Shown here: positions 25,001 through 37,600 of the stretch, in pieces
Numbering within the stretch: position 1 is the stretch's first letter
Layout: every line of letters starts with the position of its first letter
DNA from: Octopus bimaculoides
Taxonomy: Eukaryota
Assembly (NCBI RefSeq): GCF_001194135.2
Contig: NC_068988.1
Coordinates: forward strand, 96,063,713 to 96,127,712
Length of the DNA: 64,000 bases
Direction: 5' to 3'
Position numbers and translations under genes: made by a program
The notes under the pieces: model-generated
Told to the model about the DNA's origin: nothing
Databases searched by the model: none
Seen by the model: only the letters and a program-made list of their open reading frames with translations

Positions 25001-27360
25001 ACATAATATACTCCTAAATAAATATGTATGACTTTATCTTTCCTTCTCTGGTTAATTCTTTCAGATGAAATGAGTCCTTATCTTAAATCTGTCTTTCGAA
25101 TAGACTTGTAACTAGCACCATATTGAAAAAGGTTTGTGATGCAGGTTGTTTTAGTTGTCCACGAAATGTATTAGGCTTTGTAGAGTGCAACTTAACCTAG
25201 AAGTTAACTGCCTTTGCCTTGTGCCACCAAATACTAATTGAAGTAATGTTCTTTGCATCTATGAATTATTTCAAGGGGAAGATTACTCTGCCAACAATGA
25301 ATTAGCCAATGGAGGGGGCCCTCTTGTGCTGTCACACACAATGCTACCATGAAAATAAGGGACACACTTGACAATGTAGATAAAGATTACAGGTGTTAGT
25401 CATAGATTTGCTCAATTGGGATAAAGAACATGAATTACCATTAACACTTAATTAATGGAAACTAATACTTTGGATTTGCTTGTAACACATTCTTAGCAAT
25501 AATATTTGCTTGTATTTTTTTTTAATGCAACTGATAAAACCTACCAGAGAACAACCGGATGAGAAAGCTTATATCTGATCACTCCATCCTTCAAATCCCA
25601 CTTCACCATCTTAAAGAAGAAAAGACATTTTGGATAATGTAGTCCTAGCATCACAGCTAGAACACCTTGTGGTCATATTTTATGTGACCAGAAACTAAAC
25701 AAAGACAACAAACAAGTTTGAAATAAAAACCTTCAAAAGGTGAAGATTTCTGTTCCTCAAAATTCAGTTTTGTCCTCTTTCAAGTCCAAATCTTGAAATT
25801 GCAAAGCAGACATCTTAACCATGGTTTTACAGTTAAGATATTTGGTTTATAATTACATCGTTTTGGATTCAGTTCCATTGTGTTATCTTTAACCATAGCC
25901 TCAATTCAACAACAAAACCTTGTGAACCGAATTTGGAATTTGGAAGGTTCATTTTTGCTATAGACTTCATCCATCGGCCAGTTTAAGATTTAGGTTTCCT
26001 TTTACTAGTTTTGGTGATCTTGAAAAAAAGATTATGGCTTCATCCCTTTCTCCTAATAAAGTCAATTATTGATTTTAACTTTAGTTTTCAAATTTATTTA
26101 AAAGCAAAAAGACAATATTTTACCAGAAACAATGTTTAATAATATAATTTGATTTTTATTAAAATATATCAAAGATTGAATATTATAAAGTCTGATTCAT
26201 TGTTGTGCAATCAAAGTTCTATTTCTCTGAACTAATTGGCAGCCAAGAGGAACCAAAACAAGAGCAAAACCTAGAAATCCTTTTGTTGTTTTCTGTCTTT
26301 TATTTCTTCCTTAAACCTTATTGAATTTCTGGAAAATGTCATTTCCTTGTAAGAGAACCTCGTCCTTTGCACAGGAACTAATTGCTTCTGGTTATTTAAT
26401 TTAACATTAATTATCATCGTTTAACGTCTGCTTTCCATGCTGGCATGGGTTGGACGGTTTGACTGACGAGTGGTAAGTCAAAAGACTGTACCAATCTCCA
26501 ATCTGATCTGGCAAGGTTTCTACAGCTGGACGCCCTTCCTAATGCCAACCACTCCGAGAGTGTAGTGGGTGCTTTTGCGTGCCACTGGCATGGGGGCCAG
26601 TCAGGTGGCACTGGCATCGACCCACTCACGAATGGTGCTTTTTGCGTGCCACCAGCACAGGGAGCCAGTCAGGCGGCCCTGCCATTGGAATGGATTCCTG
26701 TGTCCAGCTGATACTCCTTTTGTGAAGCTTGGAGATAAATGGAAAGGAAGGAGGCTTTCAGCTGAGAACACAAAGAAATCAAACTAAACCCCAGAAACCA
26801 TTTGCTACACTTCCATTGCACCACTCAACTGCCTTTCTGTCTGTAAGAAATCCTTTGAACCATTCTTGTGTTATTGATTCCTCATTAGTTACTGATAGGA
26901 GTGTTTATCCCAGCTGATGTAGTTTCGCATCCTATATTGTGTCAGGTGATTTCCTTATCATTATGATTTGTTATATTTTCTAAAAATTTTATGGCTTTTT
27001 TTTTTTTTTCATTCTGTTCCAAGTTTTGTAAATTTGGGTATTTGTAAGAATTGTTAAAAAAATTGTATTACTGTTGGCCTCTCTTCATAACATAAATAAA
27101 CTCACTGATTGTAACTTTTTAAGAAAATAAAATTAATTTTAATTATGATAGATTACTCAATTTTTCAACTTTATTTGCTTGAGTTAATGTATCATTGAGA
27201 TTTTCTTTTTCTTTTTCTTTTTTTCTTCTTCAATATTGCAGCTTGTTCAATGTCAGAATTTACAAGAACAAATGAAGACCTATTTCAAACTGTTGATGGA
27301 GTAAACACAGCTATGACCAATTTAATGAACCGTGTTGCACCACCTCAGGCAGCAATATAA
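6755..27360 (+). CDS. Dystrophin/dystrobrevin/dystrotelin-family protein (EF-hand + ZZ + coiled-coil; divergent, 5'-incomplete), 14 coding exons
   Basis: Exons: 6755-6829, 9526-9730, 11607-11692, 12795-12874, 13134-13211, 15342-15453, 17005-17059, 17365-17476, 18110-18249, 18719-18914, 19227-19318, 19760-19937, 21336-21903, 27242-27360. All are AG/GT bounded and all phases are compatible (2096 nt, one open frame to TAA at 27358-27360). Family motifs: [88 protein letters not shown]. The first coding exon was not found, so the exact paralog is unassigned. Confidence 0.93.
6947..7200. repeat. (CT)n-rich microsatellite region (representative; many CT, CA, AT, CAT and ATT tracts occur throughout)
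   Basis: Directly visible; these tracts generate many spurious low-complexity ORFs. Confidence 0.9.
7399..7955. other. Assembly gap (others at 10149-10888, 12885-12894, 38660-38669)
   Basis: Runs of N. Confidence 1.
9526..9730 (+). CDS. Dystrophin-family exon, EF-hand region (LDLVPIDKV...FILNLYD)
   Basis: ctctaag|...|gtaagt; matches ORF 9525-9734; 205 bp. Confidence 0.93.
11607..11692 (+). CDS. Dystrophin-family exon ([29 protein letters not shown])
   Basis: ttttag|...|gtacgt; 86 bp, equal to DMD exon 66 (recalled). Confidence 0.93.
11901..12254 (-). mobile_element. tRNA-derived SINE, family B (CORE-like; resembles octopus OR2 type)
   Basis: Head GTGGCTGTGTGGTAAG...GGTTCAGTCCCACTG, GGCACCTTGGGCAAG CORE-like stretch, internal microsatellite; four or more copies in the window. 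Confidence 0.8.
12795..12874 (+). CDS. Dystrophin-family exon ([27 protein letters not shown])
   Basis: tttcag|...|gtgagt; phase-compatible; 80 bp. Confidence 0.88.
13134..13211 (+). CDS. Dystrophin-family exon ([26 protein letters not shown])
   Basis: cttatag|...|gtaaag; 78 bp; resembles the IP..L.E...FGG...SC motif of the family. Confidence 0.88.
13321..13691 (-). mobile_element. tRNA-derived SINE, family C
   Basis: Colinear with 3991-4360. Confidence 0.82.
14365..14556 (+). mobile_element. tRNA-derived SINE, family D (related copies at about 49541-49720 and 54990-55250)
   Basis: TAGCTCAGTGGTTAG A box; gtgttcttgagcaagacacttt...cactcagctgta body shared by three loci. Confidence 0.65.
15342..15453 (+). 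CDS. Dystrophin-family exon ([37 protein letters not shown])
   Basis: attcag|...|gtaaga; EPQxxVWLPxLHR hallmark; 112 bp. Confidence 0.95.
15590..16826 (+). mobile_element. 5'-truncated CR1/L2-group LINE (RT domain, frameshifted) in a dystrophin-family intron
   Basis: [19 protein letters not shown]...KIFADDSKL...[17 protein letters not shown] (ORF 15758-16306); C-terminal ORF 16377-16736 ([17 protein letters not shown]); (TATATATG)n tail. Confidence 0.88.
17005..17059 (+). CDS. Dystrophin-family exon, ZZ finger part 1 ([18 protein letters not shown])
   Basis: tttcag|...|gtaagt; 55 bp. Confidence 0.95.
17365..17476 (+). CDS. Dystrophin-family exon, ZZ finger part 2 ([38 protein letters not shown])
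   Basis: ttgcag|...|gtgagt; 112 bp, equal to DMD exon 69 (recalled). Confidence 0.96.
18110..18249 (+). CDS. Dystrophin-family exon ([33 protein letters not shown]...)
   Basis: tttacag|...|gtaagt; 140 bp; homologous to the post-ZZ exon (F...L.NK...K...YLPV). Confidence 0.92.
18719..18914 (+). CDS. Dystrophin-family exon ([18 protein letters not shown]...ARLCEMEH...)
   Basis: ttacag|...|gtaaga; in frame with ORF 18747-18968; RLxEME motif. Confidence 0.85.
19227..19318 (+). CDS. Dystrophin-family exon, coiled coil H1 ([30 protein letters not shown])
   Basis: ttatag|...|gtaaat; LxxIIxDLExENR motif. Confidence 0.92.
19760..19937 (+). CDS. Dystrophin-family exon, coiled coil H2 ([11 protein letters not shown]...[21 protein letters not shown])
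   Basis: tttcag|...|gtaaaa; matches ORF 19698-19979; DHNxxLxxQL motif. Confidence 0.92.
19966..20400 (-). mobile_element. Tc1/mariner internal-deletion derivative
   Basis: TA-flanked; 30-bp TIRs CAGGGGTTGGATGAAATAATGGAAACGCCT with 4 mismatches; transposase C-terminus on the minus strand at 20018-20236 ([15 protein letters not shown]...[12 protein letters not shown]). Confidence 0.92.
21336..21903 (+). CDS. Dystrophin-family large exon: NG-[FY] repeats, [19 protein letters not shown]
   Basis: cttgtag|...|gtaagt; 568 bp open frame (ORF 21369-21950); C-terminal part resembles dystrophin LEEVMEQLNNSFP. Confidence 0.88.
23399..23665 (-). mobile_element. RTE 3'-UTR-only copy
   Basis: catcatcgtttgacgtccactttccatgctggcatggg...ggatgcccttcctaatgccaacc, identical in layout to the 3' end of 60314-61268. 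Confidence 0.75.
24460..24870 (+). mobile_element. Degenerate RTE-clade LINE RT fragment
   Basis: Remnant translations DLVAHTPD (cf. ADDCALVAHT) and [26 protein letters not shown] (cf. YLGS...LDxEIxxRIxKASxxFG), with stops and frameshifts. Confidence 0.55.
26414..26690 (-). mobile_element. RTE 3'-UTR-only copy
   Basis: Same 3' terminal sequence. Confidence 0.75.
27242..27360 (+). CDS. Dystrophin-family terminal exon ([39 protein letters not shown])
   Basis: Long polypyrimidine tract then ttgcag|; phase 1 fits the previous exon; DLF..VD.V..AM..L resembles the dystrobrevin C-terminal helix (DLLVAADSITNTMSSLV). Confidence 0.82.
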
Positions 27361-30300
27361 AAACTTCCATTGTTGGATGCAGATGAAGCAGAGGAAATCA
27401 CTGAAGCTGTTGGAATTTTTTTTAATACTTTGTTTTCTAAATGGGTTTGTTTATGATTGAATTAGTTCCAATTATTCTGTGTTGTCTGCTATGTTCTCAT
27501 TATTGTAAAGAAGGTGGCAAAATCGTTTGCACATCAGACAAAATTCTTAGTGGCGTTTTAAATCCCACTGAGGTCAACTCTGCTTGTCATCCCTTCAGAT
27601 TCTATGAAAAAAAAGTACCAGTTAAGTATTGGGGTTGGTGTACTTGACTTGCCCCTCCCCTCAAAAATTGCTAGCCTTGTGCCAGTTGATAAGTGCATCT
27701 TATAATTATTGTACATTCAAGTTTTTATTAAACACCAATTGTACACTCAAAAGAAAAAGATTATTTAACAAACAGCCCTGAAACCCTTAATTTTAACATA
27801 GTAAGTCACCTTAATTCAGGTAAATCAGTGGATAATAGCTGTTCACATGTATTTAAAAACAAATTGTAGCCTGAAAGTTTCATTTCAACACAAAATCTCT
27901 CTTTTCCAATCTAAGGTTGATTGTTCAGTGAATTATATTCATAAAATGGTTTTTTTGTTATTGTTTTTTATCTGGTTAGACAATCAACCAATAAATTTAG
28001 ATTATTTGTTGTCGATGTGGTCACATGACTAGTTAATGCCCTTCCTTTGGCATCTCTGTGAAAGAGATTTAAGTGTTTCCATTGTCAGCTTTCAGTAAGA
28101 GAGAATGTGCATCGAAGAAGTCTGTCTTTTAGACACATCTCAGATACATAAACATTTTGTAAATTCACATCAAAATCTCAACAATTTCAATTATAAACAT
28201 TTCATTACAGTATTGTTTTATTTCTTTTGTATCTTTCAGACACATTTTAAGAACCATTTTGTACATAATTTTCTGAAAGGAATCTTTTCGCATATGTTTG
28301 GATTAACAGGTCATTCATTTATATGTGCATCAGCAGATTAGATATTGGTAGATTAGAGATGGTCCAAGTCAATGGATTACCAAATAATTGGGAGGCTGAC
28401 AGTTTATATTCTTTCAGGATTAAGAGAGAGATTTAACTCTCAGACAGCAAAGTCCACCTGACTGTGAATAGGTATCACAATTAATAACAGGTTGTAAAGA
28501 GCTCTGTCAAATTAACAAGTGCTTCTTTTTAGCTAAAACAGTATTGAGATAAATCCTGCTGTGAGTCCAGCCAAACAAGGAATGACTTCCACAAAGGTGG
28601 CTTACTTTTGGGCTGTCTTCATAACTAAATAGGTTATAGGACTTTTGTAGACTAATGTCAAGTCAAGGCTGGTCAAATTAATGTCTCAGTAGAGATAGTA
28701 GTTAGAAGTTTAAGAATTTGTGACAAGTACAGGTGGCCTACACCATCTATAAACAATTACAAGGAACTTCAGTTCCTACTATAAACAAAATGAGGGAGCA
28801 CTGTATATTTCATGAGTGTTTCACTTGCTTTCAATTGTTAGTTCTTATCTCCTCTTTGTTTATAACTTAGAAAGGTCTAAGTTCTGTAAAACTAACGGCC
28901 CTTTAAATACAGGATGATGGCCTCTTCACTGGCATCCAATAAGACTTGACCACAAGATCTATAATCAATATCTACATTTTCTGATGTGATGTTTGTGCTG
29001 TCAGACAAACAAATCAAACCCTTTTGTTGGCCCTTTTTCTTTTTCTATTTTCAGAATCCACTGGGTTTGTTTTCGTCAAGTAGTCTGGTTAGGTTTTTAA
29101 AGTTCCAAATTTATATTTGCAAAGTTATCAATCAAAATGCCTTTTGTATTCAAATATCATTCCAGTCTATTTGTTTCCATATGAGGCCCAATAAACCAGG
29201 CTACAACCATTTGTTCTTATTTGTGGCTGGAAGACAAAAAGTTATTTTGAGATTCACTTTAAAAGTGAATAAAGGAAAATTTCCTTATTATAATTTGTAT
29301 TGTTGTTTTGACTCCAGTCAACTCTGATTCAACAGGACTCTCATGAAAGCTATTCCAGTTATATCCATCTCATCCTTCTCTCAGGTTTTGCACATCTACA
29401 TTATCTCTGTCCTTTTCTTTTTCAAGATTTTAGCATGTATTTGGTGAGAAAGTTGGCTATTTTATTTAGCAGGTTGAGTGACTATGAAATGGCTGTTAGG
29501 TTGACTTGATTTCATTAGACAGAGTCTAACAAAGAAACATGATGGTTTTTAAATAAATACAATGTTCTCGAATATAGAAAGTTAACAACACGTATTGTCT
29601 AAATGTACAGAACTTGTTTGTCCATTTTAAGACAGAACTTTATTTCGTTTTGAAAATGTCATTCAAATGCTTTCCTTTGTTTCGCACACATGCTTGTGGC
29701 CTAAGCCAGAGCTTCTGCATTTTGCATCAAGCCATGTTCTGAGTTATTGCTTTGGAAATAGCAGCTTTCAGTTCATCAGGTGTGAACAGTTTATTGATGG
29801 ACATCGTCTTCTAGAAATAGCTGCAAATGAAATAATCGCAAACCAAAAGATTAGGCAGTTAAGCCAGCCATGGCCCCTCATTGCACTGACAACATTCCTG
29901 TAATAATGTACATGGAAGCTGTGTGGGTGGTCACTTTGTTTTTGTTGACTCACCCCTCTCTCAGTATGTTGTGTTACTCTGCATGTTCTCTTCTTTAAAA
30001 AAAAAACATGGAATTACCACATGAAAGTTTACTATGCAACACCACACACTTCATATTAACAGTCAAGCAATTCTCACAAAGTTGTGGATTGTTGTTTGAC
30101 TCGGCAGAAGTTTTGCCTTTTTCTATAACCAGACATTGAAATGTACTTTGTCAACGCTTGCCATCTACTGCCCACTTTGCAGACATGTCTCCCACAAACT
30201 TTTTCTGGTTTTCCCAATCTTACCATTTTATTTCTTGCAACAAACATATTCTTATAAGGACAAACATTTTAATGAATGTGCAATAAATTTCACACAACAT

Positions 30301-31392
30301 TCTGAAAGACTTAACAGTGCCATGCTTTGCTGCAGAACTATTACGGCCCATTTAATGGCCTTGCTATTCCTCATGGTCAGGCAATAAGGGTTTCCTTTAC
30401 AATGCTGACATGGTCAACCTAAACTTTTCTCCTCATAATGATATCAAATTTCAACTGACCGTTTTTCCATGAGATCCTACATCAAAAACACAAACAGAAT
30501 TTTCGTTGTGTTTAAGTAACCACTTAAAAAAAAAAAAAACCCCCACCTTCATCACAAAATCACAATGGTGCACATTCCACTGCATCACAGCAACTGAAAT
30601 ATCATCCTGCCTGTGTGTTGCTCAGCATCCTCAAGTATGTGACCCCGTCCTCTTAAAAACCTTCATCTTTCTCTGCCAGACTCTATAAATGTGTCTTAAG
30701 GTTAATCTATTGACAAATATTCTAAATGGTTAAATGTATCCAAGTTGTTACCACTGATTTACAAACTCCAAAGCAAGCAGGGTTTAGTTTCAATCCTCGT
30801 GATTACAATAAATAGTCCAGGGGTGTTTGAAATTGTTATTTAGCCCTTGGTCAGCAATGGTTAAATAAGCCTATGATCAAAGGTGTTTCAGCTATGACCA
30901 TCCTGTCTTTTGTGCAAATAGTATATCCAGGACTACATTATTGTCTAACGTGTACTATTTTTAATGACAGTAAGTAGTGATTCGAGAGAGGCCTGGCTGC
31001 TATTTCTAGCCGGCCAAGCAACCCAGGTGGGGGATCTTGTTAAAAATGGTTGTGAATGTCAAATGTGTTGCTGTTGTTTTTTTTTTCCTCCCCCTTTTAT
31101 GATCATTTGTAAAACATCATTTCGTTGAACTGGTTTGCTCTTAAATGTGAATGCTTTTATTTTATTCAATTTGTGAAATAAGTGGGGGTCTCATACATTT
31201 GTTTGATATTATTGTGTAACGTTGTGTGGTGTCCAGACAATTGTCACAGTCCACTGGATTCTGCACTAATTAAAAACATTAGCCAGCAGGAAGATCTTCA
31301 ACTTGCAACATCCATCACAGTGCCACTCTAAACAATATAGAATGGACAATTTCATTTCTGTCAATCCTCTTTCTAACAGAAACCATTAAACT

Positions 31393-31612
31393 CGCGAGGC
31401 AGCAAGCGGGCAGAAGCGTTAGCACTCCAGGCGAAATGCTTAGTGGTATTTCATCTGTCTTTATGTTCTGAGTTCAAATTCCGCCGAGGTCGACTTTGCT
31501 TTTCATCCTTTCGGGGTCAATTAAATAACTATCAGTTACGCACTGGGGTCGATGTAATTGACTTGATCCCCTTGTTTGTCCCCTCTAACCCCTTGTGGGC
31601 AATAAAGAAATA
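31393..31612 (+). mobile_element. tRNA-derived SINE, family A (Meta/MESC-like central domain), full length
   Basis: tRNA-like head with B box GAGTTCAAATTCC; gaggtcgactttgcttttcatcctttcggggtc core; 15-bp target-site duplication agaaaccattaaact at 31378-31392 and 31613-31627. Confidence 0.85.
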
Positions 31613-34600
31613 AGAAACCATTAAACTTGAATCATTGAAGAGACCATAACTACATTTTCAATTCTTATCTGTGAAGGTTCAAACCTTTCACATCCAAATA
31701 TCTCATTGACTTAACACCCAGTAAGTCTATGATGCTCCCACTTATTTCCACCACAAATAACTGCGATTGCTGCTTTTTATGTCGTGTTTAACCTGTTAAT
31801 CATTGTTTTTCTCACTTTAATTGAGCTCCCTAATTAACAACTGTTAATCAATGACAAACTTTACCTTCTATATTACCAGTTACTTCAGAAAATACCAAAT
31901 TTCACAGTTCTGGTGAGAGAACTAAAAATGGCACTTCATATCTCCATTATAATTCTTGTTTCTTGCTTAATTAAGAAAGATCTAATTTGTTGCTCGTTAA
32001 CTCTTGCCATAAGTTTTAACATTGCTGATATCTCACCTGAGTTTTATATTTTATCTGATATTTCAACAGCAGACATGGTTTACCATATCCAAACTTTGCA
32101 GTTTATTGAAATGTGGGGCCAATTCAGAAAGTATTGATACATTTTTGTAACTTTTCATTCCTTGAGACTAACCTAAATCACTAAAACTCGTTAACTTTAT
32201 CTCCTGAGCAATTTCCTCATCAATCCAAGACTGGAGAATCGTTCTGACTATTTTTCTGCAAAAGAAAAAGAAATATTGTTTGCTCTGAAATTTAATTTTT
32301 ATATCTTTATTTATTGTTTCTTCTGTTATATTAATTTATTCACTAATGACTTGGAAAAATTAACATAATTTTCTTTTATGTAGATTTAGAAATTACTTTA
32401 GAATTAAGTCATTCTCTCTCTCACTGTTTTCCTTTGTCAGCCAAGTACTGTCTTAGAATTTGCCATTGTTCACACGGTGCCTATATACGTCGATAGAAAT
32501 TTATTGGCCTTCATTTTACACACAGTCAATAGCTGTTGATAAACATTAAAATTTGACTTTGTCATGCAATTTCTGTAAACCAGAAAATAGTTTTATTTTT
32601 GTCTGACTTCAGAACGAAGACTGATTGATGAGAGGAAATCACTATCTAACGAAGGGACCAATTCTCATTTAATATCTTACATCATTGTGCCTTTCTCTCT
32701 CTCTCTCTTTTTTTTAAATATTACCATGACATGAAAAGGTCCAAATTTCGTTTCTCTTTGCAACGGAACCAACTGGATTTATTGCTGCTTTTTATTAACC
32801 AAGAATGAGTTTGTATCAATTTATATGTTTTGCCCTCATTATTTCTTTTTAAAGTAATAACAACACTATTTGGCTTTTGCCATTACAACTAACCAAGAGG
32901 CCAGCAATTCACATGTTACATAGAGATGTAAATAGGTATAACAGGATACAAGCAACTCGGCACCGTAGGTAGGAGCACTGTCTAATGGACAAGTGTTTCA
33001 ATAGCTTTTTGGCTAAGTTCAACTCTAACCACACATGTCCATTGTACCAGAAGTTGTGACCTTCTCAACTCTGAAAAGTTGACTTAATTTACAACTAAAC
33101 AATTATTGAATGTGTTTTACATCTTTTTAACCATAGATCTCTCCTAGAATTATTATAAATCAGTTTTGTATTCTTTATTATCATTAATCTGTCATACTCT
33201 GATTAAGAAAAATAAGTTTTCACTGAAATAATTTCTAAAAGAACAAGATTAACATTTTATCGTCATAATAATAATTAATGTTCTTCTGATTAACAAAACA
33301 ATGAATCCCTATTTCTTGAGGTTAATGAAGTCAGTGTTGTCCCTCCTCCTTAAATTAGTTCCCTGTATCCATTCCTACAACACCCAAGCCGAATGTCCCT
33401 CTACAGCTCCCTTATTTCACTGAATGCCCCACCCCTCTCCTATATAATTCTCTGTATCCATTCATAATTAAGACACCCCAAGTCAGCCTACACTTTGCAG
33501 TGGATTTCCCCAAGTGAGGGGACCAGGATTGTTTCTAAGTCAATTTAGAAACCAAACTATTGCCATTGCGTTTAGCTTTCTGAAAGGTGAAATTTTCTAA
33601 AGTTTAACATTTGTTTTTTTTCTTTTTTATTAACCATTTTTAAAATTTTTATTTTAAATACTAATATTCTCTTTTATAGTAAAAATTAATCAGGTATTTC
33701 AGATAACTGTAGATTAAAAATAGCAATAGCAATGGCATTGGAATAAAAGTGTAAAATGTTAGGAAAACCGTCCAGAATCTCTGCACCAACATTAGTGACT
33801 TCCACTCAAGAGGAAGTTTCTTTTAGTGGTAGACAAAAATCTTCATTGTTGGGATAGAGTTGTTAGTTCAAATAGCACTCCCATCAGATTGATAAACATA
33901 AGCAGCATTATATGGGGGGAGTCAAAGCAGAAGTAAGGTATTGAGTACACTCTGTCCTCAGTCATTGTGTGTAATATATATGTTAGCTCAAGTTCAGTGG
34001 TCTGTCTTTACAGCTGATTGGATGCTATTCTACAGACAAAAACTTTCCCAAACCCCATTGACAACAGGTTTTGGAATTTAGATTTAGAGATTGGCTAAAT
34101 TGATTTGTTTTAAAAGAATTGAATTTAGAATTGTGGCAGGAATTACATGAAGGAGATGATATAGAGACAAAAATGAAGAGAATTTAGTTTTCTTTGTCAT
34201 TAACTTGAAACACAAACAGTAATTATAGAATTTATGGGGGGGGGGGGCATGGTTAAATTCTGAATATAATACAGAAGTTATTGGATGGAGAGGAGGAAGT
34301 ATGTGGATTTTTCATTTTGATAGAAGTGACTTTAGTTGAGAATACACAAAGATTATGGGTTACCACCATTGGTTGGATTTCAGATCCAACCAATGCTACT
34401 GGGATGCGTTCTGTTACTTGTACAGATGCAGGAGCATCAGCTCTGGCTATTTGGCCGTGTTGCTCATCACAGGGGATCTGGTTTGTGAGGGAACTGCAAA
34501 CGGGTCACCCGGGTGGACCCAGGAATAGACCAACAATGCATGCCTCGGATTTGAGCGAAAGTTTTAGACTTTAATAACAATAATTTCTTGTAAAATATTT

Positions 34601-37600
34601 TGGTGGGTCTGATTTAATTTTCTCTAAAAAATGTAAAAGAGGAAACTGCATGTGTGTGTGATAACAAACTTTAACCTTCTTTAATTACAAAGCAGAAGGC
34701 CTTGTTTGATTTGATGTGGTATTAAATTAACCAACAGAAACAGTGAAATAATCTCGTATTTAATTTTTAATCCAACTGACCTTAATGTTGCATTTTTTTG
34801 GTGACTCCAAGAATCAGAGCTGAAGCTTTAAACTGTCTTCATTCATTTATTTGGTGCTATATCATCATCGTCTTTTCATGTATCAAGTTTTTCCATGCTG
34901 GCATGGATTAAACAGGCTGGGGGAGGGAAGGGGGGGGGGTCTTTTTATCACCAATCACTTTGCAATGTAGGCTGGGTGTATTATTTTATTGACTCAACAG
35001 CAGTATTAGACGAGTGAGTTCTGTTCTACCCGGGACTAGAGCCTCCCCCTCCATCATGTGTAAATATTTATTCAGGGTTACTGCTTCAAGCTCCCTTCAC
35101 ATCTGCAGGCAATTGGAATTGAACCCTTTCCGTTAACTGTTGGGTTTGTTCAGAGAGCACAACTTTGTAGATGTTTCTCTGAAATGTAAAGGAAGGAGTT
35201 TTGCTAGCAAGGGAGTTCACAGTGTCAGTCTAAGAATGCTGAGATTAATGTTTGTCTCCAACAACATAGAGGGTTGGAGTTACCAAGGGAGCCCAGTAAA
35301 AATGACAAGAGCCGACTGCCTCGAGAGTTTGGTTCTCATTGTTGATGCTGTGGCCCAAAACATTTCTCACAGATTCACTTCATTTAGCTTTAAATAAGAA
35401 GTACAAACACTGAAGAATTGATGAGGGCTTCCTTATCTATGTTTAACTCTATCCAATGACACTGAGTTCAAATCCCACCAAGGTCGTCTTTATCTTACAT
35501 CATTATAATGCTCAGTCAAATACCAGGACTGTTTCTCTCTTGGAATCCATTTAATTGAAGACACCAAAAATGGAATATTCACATCCAAGACCCAGCTATC
35601 TTGTCACCACTCTATGAACTCACTCAAATTGGCCAAAAAAGCAATCAGCACAACTTTCCTTGTGCATCTTTTTGAGAAGTCACTTGTCTATAAAATAATT
35701 GAGGAATCATCTCGGCTTACTACCATTATTTAAATAAGCACCTTTTACAGATACAATCAGTGGATTCTTACTTTCTTTGATGATCTTTAAAAAAGAAAAA
35801 ACATTGATAATTATTTCGTGAAAGGTAACTTGTTAGAAATGTAAAAGCTTTTTAGTTTAATCTGTTTTGATTCTTGAAGAAGAAAGTGTAAAAATTAGGC
35901 AGATATGTGCATTTTTAGCAAATTTAATGTGCCATTTATATAACCTTGGTTTTATTTTTACTTCTACCAAGATACCTGTCTGTTTGTTGGCCAGGTATTT
36001 TATTTCTTACTCCTCTCTTTGATCAACTTCACTTACTTTCATATTACTGCTGCTTATTTTATCAATATCAATGGAATGCTAAGTCAACAAGATTTAAAAT
36101 TGAGGAATTTACTAACAGTTAGCTAACCACAACCATTCTCTGTAGACAACTATTTATTTGGATGTTTTTGTTTCAATTCTGATGATTTAATTAAAAAGGT
36201 AAATAATGGCATTCAAACAATGTCATAGATACTATATTTTTACAACAGAGAAATATCCCCCCCTCTCCTCCACCCACACACACTTGTATATATATATGAC
36301 TTCTTTTGTATATTTAACATTTGTATATAGATGACTACAAATCGGTTTGATTATATTGCTTCTTTTTTAAACAATTTGTTATAGAAAAATATTTTAAAAC
36401 ATTTTTATGTTAATCTGATATTGTGTAGTTTTTTTTTCTTTGCCCTGTTAATTGCATTTTATGGCTTCATCCATTGTATCATTAGCCAGCTCAAAGCTGT
36501 TTTTGTATTTGTAGCCATTTTACTATTGATAGCTTATTAAAGAATCTTCATCACGCTTTTATTACCATTATTAGAGCAGAAGGATGATAGAAATTGGAGA
36601 AAGACAGCTTAAATGCCTTGAGGTGTTTAGCTTTATCTCTTTATATTCTATCTTCAATTCCTCCATGAGGCGACTTTACTGTTCGTCCTGGTGGCTGTTG
36701 ATTTAAGTTCCAATAAAGATCAATTAAATCAACACTCCATCTGCCTATGTTAAATATCATCATTATTATTTTCTGAATAAAAACTATTTCTCTATAACAT
36801 TGACAACTAAATGCCTTTTGTTGTATTTCTTTTCATTTTCATTCAATATTTCCTTTTTTTAAACAGTAAAACATTCATCTTCAACAAATTGTTCTAACGA
36901 CTGGAAATAAATGTAAAAATTTCATCCTGATTTCTTCGATTAAAAAAAAAAACATTAAGTTATGCCACAAACAACTCCAAGACATCCTCACCTGCATACA
37001 TTATTCCTTGCTGGTAATTAAATCTTAAATATATAATTTCTTTTCCCTTATATTCTTCCCATTTGGGTTACACAAAGATTTTTGTGCATTAGTTACCAGA
37101 TCTTATACTGCAGATCATCTGCTCTCGATAATGATGACACACACAGGTGGTTGTGGCTCAAGCAGGAATCAATAAAAAGAGGGCTTCCAATGAAGTGAGC
37201 ATCTCCCACAGATCCTTCGACTACTGAATCACTTAAAGAAGAGAAATGAAAGGAACAGTCCACTCACATTAAGCAACTGTTGTTCACCCCTCTGTGTGTA
37301 TAATGACTTAAAGAATATGGTCAGTTGGGATTAAGTGGATCAACAGCATTATAGTCACAGGTGATAGTGTGCCCGTCCTTTTTTAATAAAGAAGCATATG
37401 ATTAGAGGAAGATTTGGCTACTACTTCTAATAGTACAGCCATATCCTGTTCGAAACCCTGGCTTTCTTTTGGACACCAAAGTTGAGAAATATTGAGCCTT
37501 GTTAGAACTAAGATGAGTAATTGACTAAGAAACCATTGGCACTGTAATGACAGTTATTTTACTAAATTCTTTGTTATTTTAAAAATTAATTGAAACAAAG

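Noticed and set aside
34281-34574. GC-richer 97-aa ORF and an overlapping minus-strand exon-like segment
   Set aside because: Non-ATG start, no recognisable motifs and no linkable neighbouring exons.
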